A stretch of DNA of 26,480 nt, taken from positions 1 through 26,480 of the forward strand of contig DATEGN010000024.1 of assembly GCA_035280125.1 (NCBI GenBank). The letters run 5' to 3'. Shown here piece by piece: positions 7,619 to 15,167 of the stretch. Each line of letters begins with the position of its first letter. Position 1 is the stretch's first letter. The notes beneath the pieces were generated by a model. The model searched no databases. It was given only the letters and a program-made list of their open reading frames with translations, and was not told where the DNA came from. The position numbers and the translations under genes were made by a program. Origin of the DNA: Gemmatimonadaceae bacterium (lineage in GTDB: Bacteria; Gemmatimonadota; Gemmatimonadetes; Gemmatimonadales; Gemmatimonadaceae).

Positions 7619-9561
7619 AACATGAGCGGCGCGGGCAAATGGAATGGTCGGGTCGTTCGAACGTCGGTCGGGCCATTCTCGCAGTAGTGGTTACTGCCTG
7701 CGTCTCGACAAATCCGACACCGAGCGCTGCACCCGCACCCGCACCACCACCTCTCCGCAGCGCGGCGCCTCGATACGCAGGATGGTCTGATTCGGTCCTG
7801 GCCTCGCTTTCACTTCGCGACAAAGCCGCGCAGCTCGTTTGGCCAATGGTCTTTGGCGACTTCGCTTCGACCTCCAGCGCCAGCTGGGCACGGACGCAGG
7901 CGTTTCTCACCACGGAACATGTCGGTGGGATCATCATGTCCGTCGGCGGGCCGATGGAGATCGCCGAGAAGATCAATGCAATGCAACGCCTCTCCGCGGT
8001 TCCGCTCCTGGTCGGAGCCGACCTCGAATTCGGTGCCGGTTATCGAGCGCGCGGTGGCTACTTCCTGCCTAACGCGATCGACCTCGGTGGTGCGACGATA
8101 TTCCCACCCGAGATGGGCATCGGCGCGACTCGCGACACGTCGCTGGCGTACGAGCAGGGACGAATAACGGCCGTTGAAGGGCGCGCGCTAGGCATTCACG
8201 TCGCGTTTGCGCCGATCCTGGACGTCAACAACAATCCGGCGAATCCGGTTATCGGCGTCCGCTCCTTCGGCGAAGACCAGCGGCTCGACGCCGCACTCGG
8301 CGCGGCGATGATTCGTGGTCTTCAGGAGCACGGTATGATCGCGACGGGGAAGCATTTCCCCGGTCATGGCGACACGGACCAGAACTCCCACCTGACGCTG
8401 CCGACAATAACGGTCTCGCGAGCGCGTCTCGACTCGGTGGAGCTGGTCCCATTTCGTAATGCGATCGCTGCTGGCATTGGAGCAATAATGACGGCGCATA
8501 TCGCCCTGCCGTCGATACTGGGTGATAGCAGCACGCCCGCAACGCTGTCGCCGCGCATCATGACCGACCTGCTGCGCCATGAGCTTGGGTTCCGCGGTCT
8601 GCTCATCACTGACGCAATGGACATGAATGGCGTGCTCGCGAACCTTCGCCCCGGCCGAAGTGGTCAGGTCATGACGGGAGCCTACGGCACGATTCAGAGC
8701 ATCGGTCTCGCTGAAGCGTGCAAGCGGGCACTCGAAGCGGGCGCGGACGTGTTGCTGATGCCATCGGATGTGCCGGCCGCAATCGACGCCGTAGTCGCCG
8801 GCGTGCAGGAAGGCCGCTTCACCGTTGCTCGCCTGGATTCGTCGGTCCGCCGCCTTCTCGATGCGAAGGAGCAACTCGGCCTGAATCGCAATCGCCTCGT
8901 CGATCTCGATTCCGTCCAAGCAATCGTGGGTGATTCAAACAATCTCAACGTGGCTCGTCGCGCCGCGGAATTGTCGATTACGCTCGCGAAGGACTCGCTG
9001 CATCTGGTACCGCTCGCGCGCGGTTCTGCCAGTGCGCAACGAGTGCTTGCCATAACTCTGGCAACTCGCAGCGATCTCGGTGCGAATGTCACCTTTCTCT
9101 CCGAGATGCGTCGAGGATTGACGAGTGGCGTCCGGTTGCGGACCGAATACTTGAATCCGGACGACGCCGGAACGAACTACGCGCGCCTGCTCGCCGCGTC
9201 AGATTCCACGGATCTCGTTCTACTCTGCTCGTATTTGGCGCCGATTTACAGCTCCGCTTCGGCAGCAGCGGCTGCTCCCGTGCTCGATTTCATGCGAGCG
9301 ATAGCTCGCCGCAACGGGCGCGTCATCCTCGTGAACTTCGGGAACCCCTATTTGTACCAGCAGGTGCCGGGCGTTCCGGCGTACCTGATCGCGTGGGGAG
9401 GCTTTCCCGTCTCACAGCGCGCGGCAGCTCAGGCGCTTCTTGGCGTAAACGCCATAGCCGGTCGGCTTCCGATCAGCATTCCGCCGCTTCTGCCATTTGG
9501 TGCGGGCGAGATGAGGCCCGCGATACCGGCGCCGTCGGCGCCGGCAGTCAGTCGGCCCTAA
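7615..9561 (+). CDS. nagZ: Glycoside hydrolase family 3 beta-N-acetylhexosaminidase (NagZ-like, two-domain), probable lipoprotein
   Basis: GADLEFG, APILDVNNNPANPVIGVRSFG, KHFPGHGDTDQNSH, nucleophile ITDAMDM, C-terminal GH3 domain (FGNPY...GRLPISI), lipobox-like VVTAC. GTG 7615 overlaps the yggX stop (GTGA); an alternative ATG is at 7639. Confidence 0.9.
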   Translation: MKHERRGQMEWSGRSNVGRAILAVVVTACVSTNPTPSAAPAPAPPPLRSAAPRYAGWSDSVLASLSLRDKAAQLVWPMVFGDFASTSSASWARTQAFLTTEHVGGIIMSVGGPMEIAEKINAMQRLSAVPLLVGADLEFGAGYRARGGYFLPNAIDLGGATIFPPEMGIGATRDTSLAYEQGRITAVEGRALGIHVAFAPILDVNNNPANPVIGVRSFGEDQRLDAALGAAMIRGLQEHGMIATGKHFPGHGDTDQNSHLTLPTITVSRARLDSVELVPFRNAIAAGIGAIMTAHIALPSILGDSSTPATLSPRIMTDLLRHELGFRGLLITDAMDMNGVLANLRPGRSGQVMTGAYGTIQSIGLAEACKRALEAGADVLLMPSDVPAAIDAVVAGVQEGRFTVARLDSSVRRLLDAKEQLGLNRNRLVDLDSVQAIVGDSNNLNVARRAAELSITLAKDSLHLVPLARGSASAQRVLAITLATRSDLGANVTFLSEMRRGLTSGVRLRTEYLNPDDAGTNYARLLAASDSTDLVLLCSYLAPIYSSASAAAAAPVLDFMRAIARRNGRVILVNFGNPYLYQQVPGVPAYLIAWGGFPVSQRAAAQALLGVNAIAGRLPISIPPLLPFGAGEMRPAIPAPSAPAVSRP

Positions 9562-9886
9562 CGCGTCGCTGGCGCTTGCCCTGCCACTCGAGTAGTGCTC
9601 GGGCCAGCGCGGCATTGTCTGCGGCCATTCGGTACAGCTCTCCTACCTCGGGAGCGCGATCATCGCCAGCGAATTCGGCCACCAGCGGTGGCACGTGGCC
9701 GCTGCGTCGCTCTTCACTCGCACGGCGCTCGACATAGACGCGGACGCGACTCCGTCCCACTTCGCTCCCATCCTCAGCGGTGTCGTCGTCGGTGCGCATG
9801 ACATCGATCGCAACGTAACCGGCGCCTGGTAGCTCGCGGCGATACACTCGCGTCGGGACCTGAATGCTTTCGGTGGAGATTCCCAT
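9548..9886 (-). CDS. Hypothetical protein (112 aa)
   Basis: Strong GAGGAG before ATG 9886, 14 bp downstream of the LigD-Pol stop. Protein-like sequence (RELPGAGYVAIDV...VYVERR...RRSGHVPP). Confidence 0.72.
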   Translation of the reverse strand: MGISTESIQVPTRVYRRELPGAGYVAIDVMRTDDDTAEDGSEVGRSRVRVYVERRASEERRSGHVPPLVAEFAGDDRAPEVGELYRMAADNAALARALLEWQGKRQRRVRAD

Positions 9887-9900
9887 CGACAACTCCTCGA

Positions 9901-10899
9901 TCATTCTTCTGCAGCCAGCGCGCGATCGATCGCTCGTGACGTATTGCTGCGCTCGAGTGCTTCACCCCACAGATCGCCAACCTCATCGAGACGTCGTGTC
10001 ATCGTGGCGATCGTGAAGTCCTCAATTCGCAACTTTCGGTTCAGATCGTTCCATCGAAGCGGCGCCGACACCGGCGCCCCCGGACGCTCGCGCACAGAGT
10101 ACGCACTGGCGACGCTCTTGCCGCGTGCGTTCTGTTTAGCATCTACATAAATCGTTCCCTTGGGACGTCTTTGCAGACTCCGCTCCACTGTTGCCACGGA
10201 GGGGTGCTTCGCAGCCACGCGCGCCGCGATCGCTTCTGCTAGAGCGGCTGAGCGAGCATAGCTCGTGCGCGGCGGTAGCGGCAAGACGATGTGGAGCCCG
10301 CGAGAGCCCGATGTCTTGAGAGCGGCGTGCAAATTCAGAGCCTCGAGCTCGCCTCGAATTCGTTCCGCGAGCTCTACGACGCGCGCGAACGGAACGCCTT
10401 TGCCAGGATCGAGGTCAATCGTACTGTAGTCAGCGAATTCGATTGTTGGCAAGCGCGACTGCCACGGATGCACGGCAATCGTTCCGAGCTGTACCGTATG
10501 CAGCAGCGTCAGTAAATCGCCACCGATGATTCGCTTCGCCCGCTTGCCGTCCTCCGTCTCAACTTCGGCAACGCGAACGCCTTTCGGATACGTGCCCGCA
10601 TTCTGCTGGAAGAACGACGGTCCGCCAATCCCGTTAGGGTAACGCTTCAGTATCAGAGGGCGGCCTTTGAGAATCGGGAGGAGTACGGAGGCGACGAACG
10701 CGTAATAGCGCATCAGGTCGCCCTTCGTGATCCCGGAGTCCTTGAAGAAGACCTTGTCGAGGCTCGAGACCCGCAGCGATTTGCGCGCGTCGAATTTCAG
10801 TGTGCCCTCACCGGTCTCGCGTTGCAGGCTGTCGAGCTGAACGGTGATCGAGGACTGTTTGCGAGTCGTCTTCACCTGGCGCTTCGAGGTGGCGTTCAT
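9901..10899 (-). CDS. ligD: Stand-alone LigD-type primase-polymerase (NHEJ polymerase domain, AEP superfamily)
   Basis: SSLDKVFF, ITKGDLMRYY, RYPNGI..FFQQ, IDLDPG, KTSGSRGLHI, IYVDAKQNARGKSVASAYSVR and VSAPLRW. No ligase or phosphoesterase domain in the ORF. Confidence 0.93.
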   Translation of the reverse strand: MNATSKRQVKTTRKQSSITVQLDSLQRETGEGTLKFDARKSLRVSSLDKVFFKDSGITKGDLMRYYAFVASVLLPILKGRPLILKRYPNGIGGPSFFQQNAGTYPKGVRVAEVETEDGKRAKRIIGGDLLTLLHTVQLGTIAVHPWQSRLPTIEFADYSTIDLDPGKGVPFARVVELAERIRGELEALNLHAALKTSGSRGLHIVLPLPPRTSYARSAALAEAIAARVAAKHPSVATVERSLQRRPKGTIYVDAKQNARGKSVASAYSVRERPGAPVSAPLRWNDLNRKLRIEDFTIATMTRRLDEVGDLWGEALERSNTSRAIDRALAAEE

Positions 10900-10933
10900 T
10901 CGTCGACCGTTAGGCGATCGTGAGACGACCCCT

Positions 10934-10975
10934 AGAATGATGAACGCCCCGATTTGTCGGGGCGCTCATCGTTCT
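10934..10975 (-). terminator. Long hairpin downstream of cspA (probable terminator or stabiliser)
   Basis: 19-bp arms AGAATGATGAACGCCCCGA / TCGGGGCGCTCATCGTTCT (17/19 Watson-Crick) around a 4-nt loop. No clean U-tract follows. Confidence 0.6.
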
Positions 10976-11004
10976 CGACCGTCGTGCAGAACCTCGGATG
11001 GACG

Positions 11005-11211
11005 TTACGCCTTCGTGACGTCAGAAGCCTGGGGACCCTTCTGCCCTTGGACAATCTCGAACTCGACGTGATCGCCTTCAGCGAGTGACTTGAAGCCGCT
11101 TCCCTGAATGGCGCTGAAGTGGACAAAGACATCCGGCCCACCCTCTCGCGAGATGAAGCCGTAGCCTTTGGCGTCATTGAACCACTTCACCGTACCTTGG
11201 AGACGTGCCAT
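11005..11211 (-). CDS. cspA: Cold-shock protein
   Basis: [15 protein letters not shown] (RNP1) and DVFVHFSAI (RNP2). 68 aa, with GAAGAGG upstream. Confidence 0.98.
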   Translation of the reverse strand: MARLQGTVKWFNDAKGYGFISREGGPDVFVHFSAIQGSGFKSLAEGDHVEFEIVQGQKGPQASDVTKA

Positions 11212-11505
11212 TGAACCGTACCTCTTCGAGCTGTGTTCCGATCCTCTTCCTCGCGACTCGAGCGTCCACTCTCACAGCAGGGCCGCGTCCATTGCCACCG
11301 GGACCGGCTCGGGGCTGGACTGAAGGGGCGCGGGGCAAGTTTTGTGCAAGACGCTAACGGCGACCTACGCCTCTCGCAGAATAGAGACTGCGACAGGAGC
11401 GGAAGGTAAACATTAGAAAGCGTCCGGTGAGGAGTCGCCGAGTATTCGGTCGGCGGTGGGTTCGACGAGGCTCCGCGCACTCGGCGCAGCGCGCTCGCGG
11501 GAATT

Positions 11506-11715
11506 TCAGGCAGCCCCGGCGATGTAACGCGCCAAGCGACCACACGTGCGGCAGCGCAGCGTGACCTGGCAACGGGGAGGAGGAGGGAAGTCGTTTGGGG
11601 TGCGTTCGATCTGCCCGGAACAGGAAGGACAACTGAGCGGCGAACCTGTGCGGTCGCTCGCGATCAGGTGAAGGGCCTGTGCCGGATTGAACGTCGCCGG
11701 TCTCGGCTTGCGCAT
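11506..11715 (-). CDS. Small zinc-ribbon-like protein (CPSC...CRTC), 69 aa
   Basis: GAGG before ATG 11715. Two CxxC pairs 21 residues apart (LSCPSCSG, LRCRTCGR). Confidence 0.65.
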   Translation of the reverse strand: MRKPRPATFNPAQALHLIASDRTGSPLSCPSCSGQIERTPNDFPPPPRCQVTLRCRTCGRLARYIAGAA

Positions 11716-11835
11716 ATGTACTACCTCGCGACAGCTAAGCAATCCCGGAATGCCTGGCGCCGGTTCGCCTTGTGAATGCTAACCCCCTAATTCCCTAATC
11801 CCAAGTGCAGTATAAAGATAACACTTCGATGAGGG

Positions 11836-11864
11836 TTTTGGTCACATCGCTCGACTTTTGGTCA
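11836..11864. repeat. Direct repeat TTTTGGTCA x2 with a 20-bp period
   Basis: Exact 9-mers at 11836-11844 and 11856-11864 in an intergenic region. Confidence 0.6.
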
Positions 11865-11909
11865 ATTGCGCGTGAGCCACATGCCCGTATACCCCCTCGA
11901 CCGGTTGCG

Positions 11910-11923
11910 GTGCCCAAGGGCAC
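11910..11923. promoter_or_regulatory. Palindrome GTGCCC-AA-GGGCAC (candidate operator)
   Basis: Perfect 6-2-6 inverted repeat in an intergenic region. Confidence 0.3.
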
Positions 11924-12058
11924 TCACACATCCCGGAGTCCACACCGTGCGTCGCGACTCCTAATGCTTTGTACGTGGCGCACGACGAATGGTTCCCATA
12001 GACGGGACCGGTGCGCGCTTGGGTATGAGACCGGCGAGCGCCCTCGACGGGCGGCGAT

Positions 12059-12098
12059 GGATGAGCCGGTTTGTCGTTAGGCGGGATGAGCGTTTGTC
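12059..12098. repeat. Imperfect direct repeat GGATGAGC(CG)GTTTGTC x2
   Basis: GGATGAGCCGGTTTGTC at 12059-12075 and GGATGAGCGTTTGTC at 12084-12098, directly after the stop of the 73-aa gene. Confidence 0.6.
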
Positions 12099-12318
12099 AG
12101 CCCACGTACACGATGTCGCCGTCTGCGGCGATCCCAAGCTCTTGCTGCGTGCCGCAGACGCCGCAGACTTTCAGTGCTTGCCACGTCACCTTGAGCGTTT
12201 CCTGCTGCGATTTGCTCGCGGGCGTGATCGAGACGCGCTTGTAGCTGTATTCGCCGCAGTGCTCGCAGGCGTGCGCCTTCGCGATGCGTTCGGCACGCTC
12301 ACGTGTGATCTTGGCCAA
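12097..12318 (-). CDS. Small zinc-ribbon-like protein (CEHC...CGVC), 73 aa
   Basis: TTG start with GAGGAG upstream, two CxxC pairs, 26 bp downstream of the SPFH gene. Confidence 0.8.
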   Translation of the reverse strand: MAKITRERAERIAKAHACEHCGEYSYKRVSITPASKSQQETLKVTWQALKVCGVCGTQQELGIAADGDIVYVG

Positions 12319-12344
12319 GCTGTCACTCCTCTGTCCCGCCCGTG

Positions 12345-13469
12345 CTATCGCTCGGTCGGCGGTTCGGGAAGTTGAACCGGCGTATCGGACCCACGAACCG
12401 CGACGGTGGGCCGCGTCGACGGATAACTCGCCGATGAACCCGATACCGGGCCCGAGTTTCTGCGAACCGGCGGCGAGCTTTCGACGTTGGTTCCTGCCCT
12501 GTTCAGCATCTCCCGAAGCGCACCCACTGCACCCATTACGCCGGTCGCTTCTGCTGGAAGGAAAACGGTTGATCCCTTCCCCTCAGCCAACTTCGGCAGT
12601 GCCTCAAAATACTTGAGGCCGAGCAGGTAGACGGCAGCTTGACCGTCCGGAAGAGATTCCGCGACTTTGCGAATCGCTTCTGCTTCAGCATTGGCAAGGG
12701 CCAGTCGTGCCTCCGCCATTCCTTGTGCGCGAAGAATCGCCGCCTCCTTCTCACCTTCGGCTTTGCGGACTTGGGCCTCCCGCTGGCCTTCGGACTCGAG
12801 GATGGCCGCCCGCTTTCCAGCTTCCGCGTTGGTGACCGCCGCGCGACGCTCGCGTTCGGCGCGCATCTGCAGCTCCATTGACTGCTGAATGTCTCGGGGC
12901 GGTTCGATTGCCTGGAGCTCAACGCGAGTGACGTCTACTCCCCAGCTCACTGCCGCTTCCTCTATCACATCTCGCATCCGCTTATTGATCATGTCACGGC
13001 TCGCGAGCGTCTGATCGAGCTCAATGTCGCCGACAATGTTACGCAGCGTCGTTCGCGTCAGCGTTTCCAGCGCGTACGGAAGGTTCTGGATCGAGTAGGT
13101 CGCCTTTTGCGGATCAGCCACTCGGTAGTAGAGCACAGCGTCGATGTCGATTGTGACATTGTCCTTCGTGATCACGGGCTGGCTCGGAAAGTTGAGCACC
13201 TGCTCGCGGAGGTCGATGCGCGATGTCGTTCGTGATGCAATTCTCTTCTGGCCAGAGACGTCGGCTTCGAGAAAGCGCACGTCGATGGACTTGGGACGCT
13301 CGATGAAGGGGATAAGAATGTTGAACCCAGATCGCCCGAGCCGGTGAAAGCGGCCCAATCGCTCGATCACCATGACCTCGGCTTGGCCGATGATCTTGAA
13401 CGAGCTGGTGAAGAGAAAAACTCCGAAGAGCGCGATAATCAGGAGGAACAAGAGGCCGATCGTCGTCAT
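12345..13469 (-). CDS. SPFH/band-7 stomatin-like protein (QmcA-like)
   Basis: N-terminal TM helix, VIERLGRF, QPVITKDNVTIDID, TLRNIVG, WGVDVTRVEL, QMRAERERRA and AEGEKEAAILRAQG. GGAG before ATG 13469. Confidence 0.95.
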   Translation of the reverse strand: MTTIGLLFLLIIALFGVFLFTSSFKIIGQAEVMVIERLGRFHRLGRSGFNILIPFIERPKSIDVRFLEADVSGQKRIASRTTSRIDLREQVLNFPSQPVITKDNVTIDIDAVLYYRVADPQKATYSIQNLPYALETLTRTTLRNIVGDIELDQTLASRDMINKRMRDVIEEAAVSWGVDVTRVELQAIEPPRDIQQSMELQMRAERERRAAVTNAEAGKRAAILESEGQREAQVRKAEGEKEAAILRAQGMAEARLALANAEAEAIRKVAESLPDGQAAVYLLGLKYFEALPKLAEGKGSTVFLPAEATGVMGAVGALREMLNRAGTNVESSPPVRRNSGPVSGSSASYPSTRPTVAVRGSDTPVQLPEPPTER

Positions 13470-13524
13470 AGCTGCTCCAAGTGGACCCGCGATGATTGTA
13501 CGGGTGAAATCGAGACGAGGCAAC

Positions 13525-13540
13525 GAGCGACGTGTCGCTC
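13525..13540. promoter_or_regulatory. Palindrome GAGCGAC-GT-GTCGCTC in the divergent intergenic region
   Basis: Perfect 7-2-7 inverted repeat between the SPFH gene and the basic-protein gene. Confidence 0.35.
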
Positions 13541-13666
13541 AGTCGGCTGACAAATCGGAAAGGTTGTCCAGGTGTGACATTCGTGAGCTTCAGCGCCTTA
13601 CGGATGTGCCTGATTCTTGCTATCGTCGAAATGGTTTTTCTATCAACGACTCCGAGGAGAGCCTCT

Positions 13667-14047
13667 ATGGCGACCAGGGCCAGGAAGTCGCGCGGGAAGT
13701 CTGGCAGGACCGCTTCAACACGAAGCGGTAGCAAGAAGAAATCGAAGAGCACGAAGTCTCGCGGTCGGTCCGCAGCCGCAGCAAGTGCCGCGAGCAACGC
13801 GCGGAGTGCATCCACGGCACGTCCGGCTGCCTCGGCGAAAAGAGGTGCCTCGAGCGCGAAGCGCAGTGCAGCGACGACGTCTTCTCGTAAGGCAGCGACG
13901 CGCAAGTCGTCGAAGGTGCCGGCGCCAATTGCGCGTGTCACACGAGTGGCGCAAGAGGTAGCGAAGGAGGCCGGGTCTGCGGTGGTCGCCGGAATGGAAG
14001 CGATCAAGGACCTGGGCAGCAGCGTCGTAGAGCGCGTGACCGGCTGA
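13667..14047 (+). CDS. Highly basic Lys/Arg/Ser/Ala-rich protein (histone H1-like), 126 aa
   Basis: GAGGAG before ATG 13667 and a terminator after the stop. The first 83 aa contain 25 K/R and no D/E. Confidence 0.75.
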   Translation: MATRARKSRGKSGRTASTRSGSKKKSKSTKSRGRSAAAASAASNARSASTARPAASAKRGASSAKRSAATTSSRKAATRKSSKVPAPIARVTRVAQEVAKEAGSAVVAGMEAIKDLGSSVVERVTG

Positions 14048-14066
14048 TTTGCTCAGATGTGGACAC

Positions 14067-14097
14067 CGAGGGGCGCCTTCAGGGCGCCCTTCGTTTT
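14067..14097 (+). terminator. Intrinsic terminator between convergent genes
   Basis: CGAGGGGCGCC / GGCGCCCTTCG stem (11 bp, one G-U), 5-nt loop, then TTTT. Confidence 0.75.
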
Positions 14098-15028
14098 ACT
14101 GTGCTCTAATCATGCTCGTCGCTCGCGACGCTGGAGTGCAGTGCCCATCAAGCCAGTCGGCGACGAGCTCGAACACGTGGTCTCGTCCGTAGTCGACGGT
14201 GATCACGTGGCCAGCTCCAGTCACCCACACAAGCTTCTTGTCCGCGGCGCCAATGTGATCGAACGCCCGCTGCGCCGCATCGGGTGGAATCCGGTTGTCT
14301 TCCCGCGACTGGATCATCAAGGTCGGGGATTTTATTCGCGGGAGCGCACGAGTGGCTCGAGCGACCGTCGTGCGCAACGCGCGCAACGCGGCCGGAGTGA
14401 AGATGCCGTACGCCAGGCTGCGAGCGGCCTCGTTCTCGTCGCGAATGGACCGCCGAGCTGCCGGATCGAGAGCGCGAACGTATGGCACCGCGAAGGCCCA
14501 CAAAGGTGCGAGGCGAGCGGCTAAAGCGATCCTCGCCGGCATGGCGAGATACGGGGCGAGTAACACGGCGGCTGGAATGGAGTGCTCTTCCGCAAGCAGC
14601 TGCGCCGCGAGTGCGCCGCCCATCGAGAGCCCTGCTATCGATACCCACGTATGCTCGCCACTGAGCTCTCGATAGGCGTCGCGTATCGTTTCCATCCACT
14701 GACCGGCGCGAACATTAGAGAATGCGCGTGGCGTTCGTCCGTGACCGGGCAGCAATGGAGCACGCACGTGATAACCGCGGGCCCACAAGTAATCAGCGAT
14801 GTAGCGAAGCGTCTGGGGCGTGTCGCCACCGCCGTGAATCAGCAGCACTGCTGGTGCGTCTGCGCCGCGTGCGAGCTCGAAATCCCGCGCGCCAACAATG
14901 ATTCCCTCGGTATCAAGCGGCAGTCGCTTGAGTGTATCGCGACCCAACCTCAACGCGGCACGCCGCGTCAGTGCGGCGACGGTCACAAGCACTGCAATCG
15001 CGAAGGTCGAGAGGAGCAAAGCCAGCAT
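14096..15028 (-). CDS. Alpha/beta-hydrolase carboxylesterase with N-terminal membrane anchor
   Basis: LLIHGGG, RAPLLPGHG, nucleophile GLSMGG, Asp in SREDNRI, His in GAGHVI. Confidence 0.92.
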   Translation of the reverse strand: MLALLLSTFAIAVLVTVAALTRRAALRLGRDTLKRLPLDTEGIIVGARDFELARGADAPAVLLIHGGGDTPQTLRYIADYLWARGYHVRAPLLPGHGRTPRAFSNVRAGQWMETIRDAYRELSGEHTWVSIAGLSMGGALAAQLLAEEHSIPAAVLLAPYLAMPARIALAARLAPLWAFAVPYVRALDPAARRSIRDENEAARSLAYGIFTPAALRALRTTVARATRALPRIKSPTLMIQSREDNRIPPDAAQRAFDHIGAADKKLVWVTGAGHVITVDYGRDHVFELVADWLDGHCTPASRATSMIRAQ

Positions 15029-15107
15029 CTTGCGAACGGGCGCCGAGTGGATGACGTGCGCAGGACGAACTCCGTGCGCTCGAAGACACCGCGCGAATTA
15101 TAGACGT

Positions 15108-15142
15108 GAAACAAAACGGGGCGAGGACTTGCGTCCTCGCCC
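15108..15142 (-). terminator. Intrinsic terminator after the Crp/Fnr gene
   Basis: Perfect 10-bp stem GGGCGAGGAC / GTCCTCGCCC (15119-15142), followed on the - strand by GTTTTGTTTC. Confidence 0.85.
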
Positions 15143-15167
15143 TGAGTGACCCCGCTGACGAGATGAT

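Noticed and set aside
10903-10982. 8-bp direct repeat TCGACCGT flanking the long hairpin (MITE with target-site duplication?)
   Set aside because: Single copy, one repeat overlaps the stem, and the position is explained by cspA termination.
11805-12080. 91-aa + strand ORF in the intergenic gap
   Set aside because: No SD, poor codon bias and no recognisable domain.
13600-13622. Possible sigma54 promoter (TTGCT) before the basic-protein gene
   Set aside because: No GG at the required distance (GG-N10-GC).
13114-14007. 297-aa - strand ORF
   Set aside because: Shadow of the basic-protein gene that also overlaps the SPFH gene, with no SD or motifs.
15097-15102. Perfect TATAAT on the - strand upstream of the esterase
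   Set aside because: No -35 or extended -10 support (the -35 position falls in the terminator stem), so it is not listed as a promoter.
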